Assembly: GCA_964450945.1 (NCBI GenBank)
Contig: CAYVHI010000005.1
Location: 1 to 61,541, forward strand
Reading direction: 5' to 3'
From: an uncultured Rickettsiales bacterium
GTDB lineage: Bacteria > Pseudomonadota > Alphaproteobacteria > Rickettsiales > JABDBP01
Length of the DNA stretch: 61,541 nucleotides
Made by a program: the position numbers and the translations under genes
Shown: piece by piece, positions 1-9,085 of the stretch
Numbering within the stretch: position 1 is the first letter of the stretch
How the letters are laid out: each line of letters starts with the position of its first letter
The notes under the pieces: model-generated
What the model saw: the letters and a program-made list of their open reading frames with translations, nothing else
Database searches by the model: none
What the model was told of the DNA's origin: nothing

Positions 1-12
1 TACAAAAATACG

Positions 13-804
13 TTAGAAGTCACCCCTGTTTGATTTTTTTATGGCAGCAGCAACTTCATAGGTTACTGCCTCAATACGGTCAGGTATGACAGCGTAATGG
101 GTAGAATTAAGTTTTTTCACCCCTTCTATTACAAGTGCGTTTGTTCCAATCCCGGCAATCTTTGCGCCCATGGATACCAGGCAGTTCGCAAGGTCGGTTA
201 TCTCCGGCTCCATCGCGGCATTCTTTATTATCGTTGTCCCTTCTGCTAACGTTGCCGCCATTAATATATTCTCAGTGGCGCCAACTGAAATTTTTGGGAA
301 CTCTATAATTCCGCCTTTCAGCCTGCCTTTGGTTTTTGCCACCACGTAGCCTTGGTCTAGCTCAATTTTTGCACCGAGTTTTTCCAGCGCATCAAGGTGC
401 AGGTCAATAGGTCTAGTACCAATTGCGCAGCCGCCGGGAAGGGAAACTTTTGCTTCACCAAATCTTGCAAGCAGCGGCCCAAGCACCAATACTGAAGCAC
501 GCATTTTCCTTACAATATCATAGGGCGCGGTAAGGTTCTTTACATTAGATGAATCAAGGTTGATCACTCTTCCTATATGTCCGCCACGGATATCAGAACA
601 TGCATCGATATTCAGCCGCACACCATGATTAACAAGTAGATGTGCCATCGTTGCGATATCAGCAAGATGGGGTATGTTTGAAAGAGTTACCTTCTCATCA
701 GTAAGCAGTGCTGCAGTCATCAGGGGAAGTGCGGAATTCTTTGCCCCACCTATTTCAATCTTTCCCTTTAGCGGAACTCCACCTGTAATTCTTATTTTAT
801 CCAT
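13..804 (-). CDS. murA: UDP-N-acetylglucosamine 1-carboxyvinyltransferase, N-terminal 263 aa only (3' end aberrant at window edge)
   Basis: [35 protein letters not shown] (catalytic Cys loop), SVGATEN, PDRIEA; similarity breaks down just before the stop near the window start. Confidence 0.92.
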   Translation of the reverse strand: MDKIRITGGVPLKGKIEIGGAKNSALPLMTAALLTDEKVTLSNIPHLADIATMAHLLVNHGVRLNIDACSDIRGGHIGRVINLDSSNVKNLTAPYDIVRKMRASVLVLGPLLARFGEAKVSLPGGCAIGTRPIDLHLDALEKLGAKIELDQGYVVAKTKGRLKGGIIEFPKISVGATENILMAATLAEGTTIIKNAAMEPEITDLANCLVSMGAKIAGIGTNALVIEGVKKLNSTHYAVIPDRIEAVTYEVAAAIKKSNRGDF

Positions 805-1373
805 TATATCTTCGGCAGGGTAACGCCCTGCTGTTTCATATATTTGCCAGAACGGTCAGCATATGATGTTTCACAAACCTGGTCGCCCTTAAAGAACAGG
901 AACTGGCATGCACCTTCATTGGCATATATCTTCGCAGGTAGTGGCGTGGTGTTAGAGAATTCAAGTGTAACATGGCCTTCCCATTCCGGTTCAAGCGGAG
1001 TTACATTCACAATTATCCCGCAGCGGGCATAGGTTGATTTACCAACACACACCACCAGAACATCCCTCGGTATGCGGAAATATTCAACAGTGCGGGCAAG
1101 CACAAAACTGTTAGGTGGGATAACACAAACCGGCCCTTTCCTGTCCACAAAGCCTTTTTGATCAAATGCCTTAGGGTCAACAGTTGCTGAATCAACGTTG
1201 GTAAAGATTTTGAATTCTTCGGAAACCCTTGCATCATAACCGTAGGAAGAGAGGCCATAAGAAATAAGCCCTTCCTTCTTCTGGTTTTCTTTTTGCTGGC
1301 GATCAACAAACGGCTCTATCATCTTTTTTTCCAGAGCCATCTGGCGTATCCATTTGTCAGACATTACAGTCAC
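804..1373 (-). CDS. dcd: dCTP deaminase
   Basis: [36 protein letters not shown] motifs; GTG start. Confidence 0.97.
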   Translation of the reverse strand: MTVMSDKWIRQMALEKKMIEPFVDRQQKENQKKEGLISYGLSSYGYDARVSEEFKIFTNVDSATVDPKAFDQKGFVDRKGPVCVIPPNSFVLARTVEYFRIPRDVLVVCVGKSTYARCGIIVNVTPLEPEWEGHVTLEFSNTTPLPAKIYANEGACQFLFFKGDQVCETSYADRSGKYMKQQGVTLPKI

Positions 1374-1445
1374 TAAGAGGCATCCTTTTGTTTTACAAAA
1401 AAGGAATATAGTGGCCGTGTATTTTTAATCAACTGATTTTATGTT

Positions 1446-1712
1446 TTATCTGCCTTTAAAAACTGCTTTTGCGCGGCTGCGGGCACGTTCCTTCCCTATA
1501 CTTAAGGAGTGCCGCATTTCATTAACCTTATCTCCTACTGTCCCCTTTAGTCCCTGCTTCAAGGCCTCAACCTCCATATAGCCGTATTTTGAGACAAAAG
1601 CCTTCTTACGCTCTTCTTCATGCTGTTTTATGATAAGGTGGGTTATATGAAGCCGGCGGTTACGCTCTATCAGCTTCTTTTCCTTCTCTTTTTTTGTTTC
1701 AATAATTGCCAT
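1446..1712 (-). CDS. hypothetical small basic protein (ATG at 1712 preferred over TTG at 1736)
   Basis: Open frame filling the intergenic gap, GGGTGGGA upstream of ATG, Arg/Lys-rich C-terminus; no recognisable motif. Confidence 0.5.
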   Translation of the reverse strand: MAIIETKKEKEKKLIERNRRLHITHLIIKQHEEERKKAFVSKYGYMEVEALKQGLKGTVGDKVNEMRHSLSIGKERARSRAKAVFKGR

Positions 1713-1976
1713 ATCCCACCCAAAAATACCCGACAACTATATACTAACATTATTACGGAATTATTTAACTTTATTATTTTTCCGGCGCAACAGATTATCA
1801 CGCAAGGCTTTTGCAAGGTTTTCCTTACGTTTCTGGCTATTATTTTTTCTTGTTTTATCAGCAGGATTTTGCGTTTTCATATAAAATTTGGATAAAATTA
1901 ATATAGGATTTGCATTTTTCAGTATTATAATATAATCCTCTTTGCCGAAAGTTAAGCTCTAGTTTATTTTCAGCTT

Positions 1977-2098
1977 AATTTTGAATTATTATGAGCTGAA
2001 TGCAAGGAGCATACGGAGCGCAAAATTCGAGTTTACAAAAGGTACTTGAGAATTTGAGCGCCGGAGCAACACAGCAAGCAGCCATAATAAACAAAATT
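1977..2098. repeat. ~120-bp palindromic element (RPE/MITE-like), copy 1
   Basis: Imperfect terminal inverted repeats AATTTTGAATTATTATG / CATAATAAACAAAATT; interior TGCAAGGAGCATACGGAGCG...GGTAC.TGAG...CCGGAGCAAC nearly identical to 49166-49287. Confidence 0.85.
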
Positions 2099-2099
2099 T

Positions 2100-2174
2100 G
2101 CCGCCGTAGCTCAGTGGTAGAGCACGTCATTGGTAATGACGGGGTCGGAGGTCCGATTCCTCTCGGCGGCACCA
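2100..2174 (+). tRNA. tRNA-Thr(GGT)
   Basis: GCCGCCG/CGGCGGC acceptor stem, TAGCTCAGTGGTAGAGC D-arm, anticodon arm CGTCA-TTGGTAA-TGACG, encoded CCA. Confidence 0.96.
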
Positions 2175-2184
2175 CCCTTAAAAA

Positions 2185-3927
2185 TTAACGTTTCTTTTTT
2201 GTTTTCTTTACGGCTTTTTTATTCTTTTTAGGTTCTAAAGATTTTGTTTCCTTCTTTTTAGGTTTGCTTTGCAGTTTATTTTGAGCTTTTTTCTCACCTA
2301 TACCATAAGCCTCCTTTATCTTTTCCCAGTTAACAGAATAAAGTTCACCGGAAGGATAATTATTGTTTTTCGCTACAAATCCATTCTCCGCATACCTCTG
2401 GAATCTATTTATATTCCCTCTGTCTCCCAATCCTCTATAGAAGGATAGGGGATTATCCCAACCAAGCCTTACATACCATAACCTTTTTGTATTTTTATCT
2501 ATAACCTTATCAAGGTTAACAAGAAATTGTTTAAGTTCATCTTCACTATCAAACCTTGGCCATTGTTCGTCGTAATTAAAATATATAGGCTTGTCCTTAA
2601 ACATTATCCTGTATAAATTCGGCGCCCGCTTTTCAACATAGCTCATATCAAGTTCTGCTATGAAATAATTAGCGGTTACCCCATCAGCAATAACCACATC
2701 GCTTTTTTCTACTTTTTTGGACATATTATTTATAACGTCATTATAATTCTCGCGGGTAACCATAAAATAAAGAATATTGTTTGGCCTGAATGCACCGGCC
2801 GCCTCAACATACCTGAAGCCAAAATAGTTAAAACTTATGAATCCTAAAGTTACCACCAATAATAACTCTTTATAGGCTGATTCTTTATATCTTGTTATGT
2901 TTTCAAAAATTTCCTGAACGGCATAACCTATAAGAATCAGGAAGAATGGCAGATAAAATAAACATACGCGGTAAGCGGTGAACGGGTATTTACCCAACAT
3001 GGCCGTGGCCGTGTTCAAGGCCAGCATCAGAATTATTATTGAAGGTATATGCCATTTACCTTTCCTGTATAGGATATATCCGCCATATATGATGAGAACG
3101 AGAAAGAAAGATGCAAACCATGAGAAAGGAAAAGTTAATATCTTTATAAGGTCAATAAGTGTCTTTAACCATATAAGAAAATTTGCCGGCACTGGGTTCG
3201 GTGAATACAAGAACACGCTAGTATCAGCCGCTTCCTGATATATAGAATAAAGATATATGGCGAGAATAAGGCCGGGCCAGAAAATTCCCCATACCAGTAT
3301 CTTTTCCCAGTTTTTGCGCTTTATCAGCATTTCAAGCAATATAATTGCCGCAACTGCCGAGATCGGAAAAATAGCAGAAAAATGGAGCATGGAGGCAATG
3401 GCAAGAAATACATACAACAGAACATGCTGCTGCCATTTTCCTTCATTTAAATATCTCATCAGGTAATATGTGCCAAGGCTCAAGAAAAATATGAAAAGGC
3501 TGTAGCCACGGAGAAGCTGGGAAAGCTGGAACATTTCATAACTGTAGTTGGCTATGAATGCCATAAATAAACCTGCGGCAGCGCCACAGAAGCGCGCGCC
3601 AATTGCATAGAAAACAATAATCGTCAGTATTGCGGGGATTATGCTTTTGAAGGTGATGAGGAACATCCTGTCATCACTTATTCTTTTCAATACATGGATA
3701 GTCAGTTTTCCCAGGAAGGGGTGGCTGTTCTTCCTTACTTCCTTATCAAAAAGCCCTAAAAATGTGGCATATGACCCAAAGGAAATTTGATTGGCTTCAT
3801 CACTGTTATAATAATATTTATCAAGACCCTGGCAGCGCAGGTATGCCCCTGAAATAACAATAACAAGCAACAATAGGAGTGCAAGCCACTTTGTTTTAAG
3901 GTATTCATTATACTTACTCAGAAACAT
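2185..3927 (-). CDS. GT-C fold membrane glycosyltransferase (ArnT/PMT, family 39-like)
   Basis: N-terminal TM then YYNSDEA acidic motif, SHPFL, SQLLRGYSL, about 11-12 TM segments, Lys-rich tail. Confidence 0.7.
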   Translation of the reverse strand: MFLSKYNEYLKTKWLALLLLLVIVISGAYLRCQGLDKYYYNSDEANQISFGSYATFLGLFDKEVRKNSHPFLGKLTIHVLKRISDDRMFLITFKSIIPAILTIIVFYAIGARFCGAAAGLFMAFIANYSYEMFQLSQLLRGYSLFIFFLSLGTYYLMRYLNEGKWQQHVLLYVFLAIASMLHFSAIFPISAVAAIILLEMLIKRKNWEKILVWGIFWPGLILAIYLYSIYQEAADTSVFLYSPNPVPANFLIWLKTLIDLIKILTFPFSWFASFFLVLIIYGGYILYRKGKWHIPSIIILMLALNTATAMLGKYPFTAYRVCLFYLPFFLILIGYAVQEIFENITRYKESAYKELLLVVTLGFISFNYFGFRYVEAAGAFRPNNILYFMVTRENYNDVINNMSKKVEKSDVVIADGVTANYFIAELDMSYVEKRAPNLYRIMFKDKPIYFNYDEQWPRFDSEDELKQFLVNLDKVIDKNTKRLWYVRLGWDNPLSFYRGLGDRGNINRFQRYAENGFVAKNNNYPSGELYSVNWEKIKEAYGIGEKKAQNKLQSKPKKKETKSLEPKKNKKAVKKTKKKR

Positions 3928-3986
3928 TGCAGTGTCCTTACTGTTGTTTTAAAGTATATTAGGGAAGTTATTCTAGAAAGAAAAAA

Positions 3987-4832
3987 ATGACAAGTGTAGA
4001 TAAAACAATTCTGGCTCTTAGAAGTAAGATAGATGAGCTTGATGAGCATATAATAAGTCTGCTTGCAAAGCGTTCTGAATATGTTGATCAGGTAGGCAAG
4101 ATAAAGAAGAAATCTGCTCCGAACAGCAACATCATACGTCCAGGCCGTGAAGCAAAAATGATAAGGAAGATGCTATCTCTTCCGCGCGGGAATTTGCTGG
4201 CTGAAACTGTTGCTGCCATCTGGCGCAATATAATCGCCGGTTCTATCGCAATTGAGCAACCAATAAGCATTTCTGCTTTTGTGCCTTCTGTAGAAGATGG
4301 ATATAAGGTGATAAGTCAGGCGCAGGAGTGTTATGGTTCTTTCACCTCCATAAAAAGCTGTAATAATATTGAGCAGGTCATCAGCGATATAAAAAAGAAA
4401 AAAGAGGTTATTGGCATTTTTCCGGCAAGAAATTATGCATATTTTGAGCCCTGGTTCATAAAGGCTGTGCAGGAAAAGAATGTCAGGATTTTTGCTTGCC
4501 TTCCTTTCATAAAGGGAAAGGACTCTGGCCTGCCATGCCTGCTTGCCGGACAGGTAATCCCTGAAAAAACGGGTGATGATGTTTCGCTTATATTAATCCG
4601 CGTACCGCGTGGAACAAAGCCTGCTAAAGTAAAGTCTTTCTTGAAGCGGGCAGGTTTTAAGAAAAATGTAAAAATCCTTTTGTCAGCACACAGGATACTC
4701 AGCAGCTATTATCTGATAGAAGAAAAAGATTTTATCGATGAAGAAGATCGTCGATTTGCAAAATTAAGAAAAATCGGGCCACTCGCATATTATCTTGGTT
4801 CATATGCAAATCCGGTGGTTATAAAGAGGTAA
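3987..4832 (+). CDS. chorismate mutase (AroQ domain plus degenerate prephenate-dehydratase-like C-terminus)
   Basis: LRSKIDELDEHIISLLAKR...IRPGRE AroQ signature; C-terminal LGSYA; directly upstream of hisC as in other alphaproteobacteria. Confidence 0.85.
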   Translation: MTSVDKTILALRSKIDELDEHIISLLAKRSEYVDQVGKIKKKSAPNSNIIRPGREAKMIRKMLSLPRGNLLAETVAAIWRNIIAGSIAIEQPISISAFVPSVEDGYKVISQAQECYGSFTSIKSCNNIEQVISDIKKKKEVIGIFPARNYAYFEPWFIKAVQEKNVRIFACLPFIKGKDSGLPCLLAGQVIPEKTGDDVSLILIRVPRGTKPAKVKSFLKRAGFKKNVKILLSAHRILSSYYLIEEKDFIDEEDRRFAKLRKIGPLAYYLGSYANPVVIKR

Positions 4833-4834
4833 TC

Positions 4835-5911
4835 ATGCCACTTAGAATCCGCCCAGGCATAATGAACATAAAACCCTATATACAGGGGTCTTCATCTGTA
4901 AAGGGTGTTAAGAACATTATAAAACTTTCTTCCAATGAAACACCTTTTGGCCCGAGCCCAAAAGCTATAAAGGCTTATAAGGATTTTGTTCCCCTGCTGC
5001 ACCGCTATAACGAGGGAAGCTGTTATGAGCTGCGTAAAACTATCGGCAAGGTTCACAGGATTTCGCCGGAAAAAATTGTCTGCGGTGCCGGGTCAGATGA
5101 GCTGATCGCGCTAATAACTCAGGCCTATGCTGGCCCCGGTGATGAGATAATATATACCGAACATGGCTTCCTCATGTATCCAATTTCTGCAATGCGGGCA
5201 GGTGCAGTTCCTGTGAAGGCGAATGAAAAAAATCTCCGCACCGATATCAATGCGATACTGAAAAAGGTGAACGGTAAAACTAAAATTGTTTTTATCGCCA
5301 ACCCTAATAACCCAACCGGCAGTTATGTAACGCGGACGGAGTTAAAAGAGTTAAGGAAGAAACTTCCTGGCAATGTATTGCTGGTGATTGATTCTGCCTA
5401 TGCTGAATATGTCGGCAAGAAAGATTATACAGCCGGAATAGATATAGTTGATGATGGCGATAATACAGTGATGCTCCGCACTTTTTCCAAGATATATGGG
5501 CTTGCGTCTTTACGCATGGGCTGGGCATATTGCCCTTCTTCGATTGCTGATGTTCTGCACAGGGTGCGCGGTCCTTTCAATGTTTCTGGTCCGGCACAAG
5601 CGGCAGCAATTGCAGCGATTGAAGATAAATCTTTCACCGAGAAAAACCGCAGGCACAATGATAAGTGGGTAAAAACACTTACGAAGGAAATAGAAAAAAT
5701 CGGGTTTAAGGTTTATCCGAGTGTTGGAAATTTCATTCTGGTAGGCTTCGGTAATAAGAAAAAGGCTGGCGAGGTAGATGCATACCTGAAGAAAAACGGC
5801 ATCATTGTTCGCCAGATGGAAGCTTATGGTTTACCTCAATGCTTGCGTTTTTCCATCGGGCTTGATAGCGAAAACAAAAAAGTCCTTAAAGTTCTAAAGA
5901 AATTTTCTTAA
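4835..5911 (+). CDS. hisC: histidinol-phosphate aminotransferase
   Basis: KLSSNETP, GAGSDELI, ANPNNPTG, DSAYAEY, RTFSKIYGLASLRMG (PLP lysine). Confidence 0.95.
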   Translation: MPLRIRPGIMNIKPYIQGSSSVKGVKNIIKLSSNETPFGPSPKAIKAYKDFVPLLHRYNEGSCYELRKTIGKVHRISPEKIVCGAGSDELIALITQAYAGPGDEIIYTEHGFLMYPISAMRAGAVPVKANEKNLRTDINAILKKVNGKTKIVFIANPNNPTGSYVTRTELKELRKKLPGNVLLVIDSAYAEYVGKKDYTAGIDIVDDGDNTVMLRTFSKIYGLASLRMGWAYCPSSIADVLHRVRGPFNVSGPAQAAAIAAIEDKSFTEKNRRHNDKWVKTLTKEIEKIGFKVYPSVGNFILVGFGNKKKAGEVDAYLKKNGIIVRQMEAYGLPQCLRFSIGLDSENKKVLKVLKKFS

Positions 5912-5926
5912 AAAATAATGGAATAA

Positions 5927-6050
5927 AATATTATTTATTTTGAATTATATACTAGGAAGTGCAAGAAAAAATGCGCGGAGTGTATAAAAGAATACATGAG
6001 CACATTTTTATCGAAGCGCAACGAAGTAGATAATCAAAATAAATAATATT
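5927..6050. repeat. ~120-bp palindromic element, copy 2
   Basis: Perfect 17-bp terminal inverted repeat AATATTATTTATTTTGA / TCAAAATAAATAATATT; core GTGTAT-AAAAGA-ATACATGAG; TACTAGGA...ACGAAGT shared with 15191-15311. Confidence 0.8.
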
Positions 6051-7266
6051 AAGGTAAGTCTTTAGGTGCAGCCTGCTCAGCTTCTGGCCCCTCAGGGGCT
6101 GGTGATTCAAGCTTCTTTGGAGGCGCTGGTGATTTTGCTTCCGGCGGCGTCACAGCATCCATATTCATTTTTTCCTTTATCCTTTCCTGCATCTTTTCTT
6201 CAGCTGTAAGAGGCTTATCTTCTTTCTTTACTTCCGGTTTTAGTTCCTTAGGTTTTTCCTCAGTCTTAGGTAATTCTTTTCTTACAACCGGTTTTGTAAC
6301 AACTTTTACTTTATCTTTACTTGCTGGCTTTGTCTCAGCTTTTTTTTCTGCTGGACCTGTTTTTACCTCTGCAGGTTTTTCTTCTGGCTTTGGTTTTTCT
6401 GCATCTTTTACTTCAGCAGATTTTTCGGTTTTTTGTGGCTCAGGTGGCATGATCCTGTTTTGCGGAACCGGTATAGGTGATGGATGAACTTCCTTTTTCA
6501 CCTCTGTTTCCTTAGGTTTTGCTGGAGCATTCTCCTTTTTCTTGGCAATAGGCTTTTTACTTACAGCTTTTTTCTTCGCAGGTTTTTTTGCCTTATTCTT
6601 TTTTGATTTTTTCTTATCCTTTTTTACTTCTTCTTTTTTCGGCTCAGGTTTTGCTTCCGGTTTTTTCTCTTCAACTACTGGTGCTGGAGGAACCACAGGA
6701 GCAGGGGGTGGTGCATATTTTAATATAACAGGGTCTGGGCCATATGAAGGGGCTGGCTCTTCTTCTTTTTTTGCATCTTCGATATTAAGCGGTGTTTTGG
6801 TTTCTTTGTCGGCTTTCTGTTTCTCTGCCAGTTTTTCCTGCATATAGCGGTCTGCGTTCTCGCCATATTCTTTTGTATCTTCGGCTATTTCTCTAACCAG
6901 TTTCTTGGCAAAACATTCACGCCCCTTTCCAAGTGGCTCAGTATTCAGAGTTTGGCGTTTGCAGTAGCTTTTATCTTTATTGGTATCATCGCATTTCAAG
7001 ACTTCATCAACACAGCGATCAACATGTTCGCCGGCAAAATCCCTGCTCTTCTTATAATATTCAACAGAACTCTTACAGCCGGAGAGTAAGATTAAAGAAG
7101 ATAGTAAAACAAGAAAATTTATGAATTTATAATTCGCCAGGTTTAGATAGAAAGCGAAGGATTTTGAGAACCGTAGCACAGCGTACTTTAAAGGTACGTG
7201 AGCAACGGAAGCGCAAAAATCCGAGCTTAATATCAAACCTGGTAGAATTTTCTTAAATATCTGCAT
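6049..7266 (-). CDS. putative lipoprotein with a Cys-containing N-domain and a long Lys/Pro/Glu-rich disordered tail; palindromic element inserted in-frame at the N-terminus
   Basis: Hydrophobic stretch plus lipobox LLSGC; start overlaps the ilvD stop; low-complexity KPE-rich C-terminal two thirds. Confidence 0.7.
   Translation of the reverse strand: MQIFKKILPGLILSSDFCASVAHVPLKYAVLRFSKSFAFYLNLANYKFINFLVLLSSLILLSGCKSSVEYYKKSRDFAGEHVDRCVDEVLKCDDTNKDKSYCKRQTLNTEPLGKGRECFAKKLVREIAEDTKEYGENADRYMQEKLAEKQKADKETKTPLNIEDAKKEEEPAPSYGPDPVILKYAPPPAPVVPPAPVVEEKKPEAKPEPKKEEVKKDKKKSKKNKAKKPAKKKAVSKKPIAKKKENAPAKPKETEVKKEVHPSPIPVPQNRIMPPEPQKTEKSAEVKDAEKPKPEEKPAEVKTGPAEKKAETKPASKDKVKVVTKPVVRKELPKTEEKPKELKPEVKKEDKPLTAEEKMQERIKEKMNMDAVTPPEAKSPAPPKKLESPAPEGPEAEQAAPKDLP
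7131..7249. repeat. ~120-bp palindromic element, copy 3 (intragenic)
   Basis: Imperfect TIR AATTCGCCAGGTTTAGATA / TATCAAACCTGGTAGAATT; core GCGTAC-TTTAAAG-GTACGTGAG. Confidence 0.8.
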
Positions 7267-8974
7267 AGGTATGCTTCTCCGCTTTTGCGCCCGGGTGTGT
7301 TACCGCACCTTCTTTAGCAGGGCCAACAGATTCACTATACTTCCAAAGCGCACCACTCTGGTAATCATTTTTTCTTGGCTTCCATTTTTTGGCTCTTGCC
7401 TTTAATTCGCTTGCCGAGAGTTTTACATTAATTGTTCCCGCATGTGCATCTATTGAGATTATGTCACCATTCTTGATAAGAGCGATAGGTCCACAGGCAG
7501 CAGCTTCAGGACCAACGTGGCCTATGCAGAGCCCACGTGTAGCGCCGGAAAATCTTCCATCGGTAATCAGTGCCACCTTATCTCCCCTGCCCTGCCCGTA
7601 GATCGCTGCTGTGGTTGAAAGCATCTCCCTCATGCCTGGCCCACCTTTCGGGCCTTCATAGCGGATAACTATCACATCACCATCTTTATATTCATGGTTT
7701 TTAACTGCATCGAAGGCATCTTCTTCACAGTCGAAACAAAGTGCCGGGCCTGTGTGCACCATATGCTTGAGACCTGCAACTTTTACTATTGCACCTTCAG
7801 GTGCAAGGTTTCCTTTCAGCACCACAACACCACCTGTCTTTGTGATAGGGCGTGCTGCCGGATGCACTATATCCTGGTTCTTCGGAAATTTCACGGAAGC
7901 AAGGTTTTCAGCCATGGTCTTTCCGGTAACCGTCATGCAGTCGCCATGCATATAACCTTCATCAAGCAGCGTCTTCATTATTATCTCAACACCGCCTATA
8001 TCATAAAGATCCTTGGCGACATATTTTCCGCCCGGCTTCAGATCGGCTATATATGGTGTTTTTGCAAATATTTTTCCAACATCATCCATATCAAATTTTA
8101 TTCCGCATTCATTGGCGATTGCCGGAAGGTGCAGAGCTGCGTTGGTTGAGCCACCAGTTGCAGCAACAACAACAGCTGCGTTCTCAAGCGCTTTCCTTGT
8201 AACTATATCACGCGGGCGTATCTGTAATTTCAAGAGGCGCATCACCGCTTCGCCAGATTTGAATGCGAATTCATCACGCGTTTCATATGGTGCCGGCGCT
8301 CCTGCTGAACCCGGCAGCGCGAGGCCGATTGCCTCTGATACGCACGCCATTGTGTTGGCGGTGAACTGGCCACCACATGAGCCGGCAGATGGACAAGCAA
8401 CTGATTCCAGTTCTTCCAGGTATTTATCATTTATCTTTCCTGATTCATGAAGCCCCACTGCTTCAAAAACATCCTGCACAGTAACATCCTTACCTCTGAA
8501 TTTTCCCGGCAATATCGAACCGCCATACATGAATACGGAAGGAATATTGAGCCTGACCATAGCCATCATCAGCCCAGGCAATGATTTATCACAGCCCGCT
8601 AAGCCAACCAGCGCATCATAACAATGGCCGCGCACGGTAAGTTCAACAGAATCGGCAATCACCTCACGCGAAACGAGCGATGATTTCATGCCCTGATGCC
8701 CCATGGCAATGCCGTCAGTAACCGTTATTGTCGTAAATTCCCTTGGTGTTCCCTGCGCTGCTTCAACGCCTTTCTTTGCAACCTGTGCCTGCCTTTGCAG
8801 AGCGATATTACATGGTGCCGCTTCATTCCATGTAGATACAACACCAACTAAAGGCTGGTTTATCTGCTTCTTATTTAGCCCCATTGCATAGTAATATGAA
8901 CGGTGAGGCGCGCGCGCTGGGCCTTCCGTTACATGACGGCTAGGTAAGCTGGATTTACCGAAAACTTTTGTCAT
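7253..8974 (-). CDS. ilvD: dihydroxy-acid dehydratase
   Basis: [58 protein letters not shown]. Confidence 0.97.
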   Translation of the reverse strand: MTKVFGKSSLPSRHVTEGPARAPHRSYYYAMGLNKKQINQPLVGVVSTWNEAAPCNIALQRQAQVAKKGVEAAQGTPREFTTITVTDGIAMGHQGMKSSLVSREVIADSVELTVRGHCYDALVGLAGCDKSLPGLMMAMVRLNIPSVFMYGGSILPGKFRGKDVTVQDVFEAVGLHESGKINDKYLEELESVACPSAGSCGGQFTANTMACVSEAIGLALPGSAGAPAPYETRDEFAFKSGEAVMRLLKLQIRPRDIVTRKALENAAVVVAATGGSTNAALHLPAIANECGIKFDMDDVGKIFAKTPYIADLKPGGKYVAKDLYDIGGVEIIMKTLLDEGYMHGDCMTVTGKTMAENLASVKFPKNQDIVHPAARPITKTGGVVVLKGNLAPEGAIVKVAGLKHMVHTGPALCFDCEEDAFDAVKNHEYKDGDVIVIRYEGPKGGPGMREMLSTTAAIYGQGRGDKVALITDGRFSGATRGLCIGHVGPEAAACGPIALIKNGDIISIDAHAGTINVKLSASELKARAKKWKPRKNDYQSGALWKYSESVGPAKEGAVTHPGAKAEKHTYADI

Positions 8975-9085
8975 AACTAAGTTACTTCTTTCCCGAGCAT
9001 AATCATGTCCATAACCTTAAAATATCTCGCTATGGTTATTAGCACGCTCTTCCTATTATTTAAATTCAAAATTATCTCCATTTGA

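Noticed and set aside
1975-2188. ORFs 1975-2175 (-) and 2000-2188 (+)
   Set aside because: They overlap tRNA-Thr and a palindromic element, so they are shadow frames.
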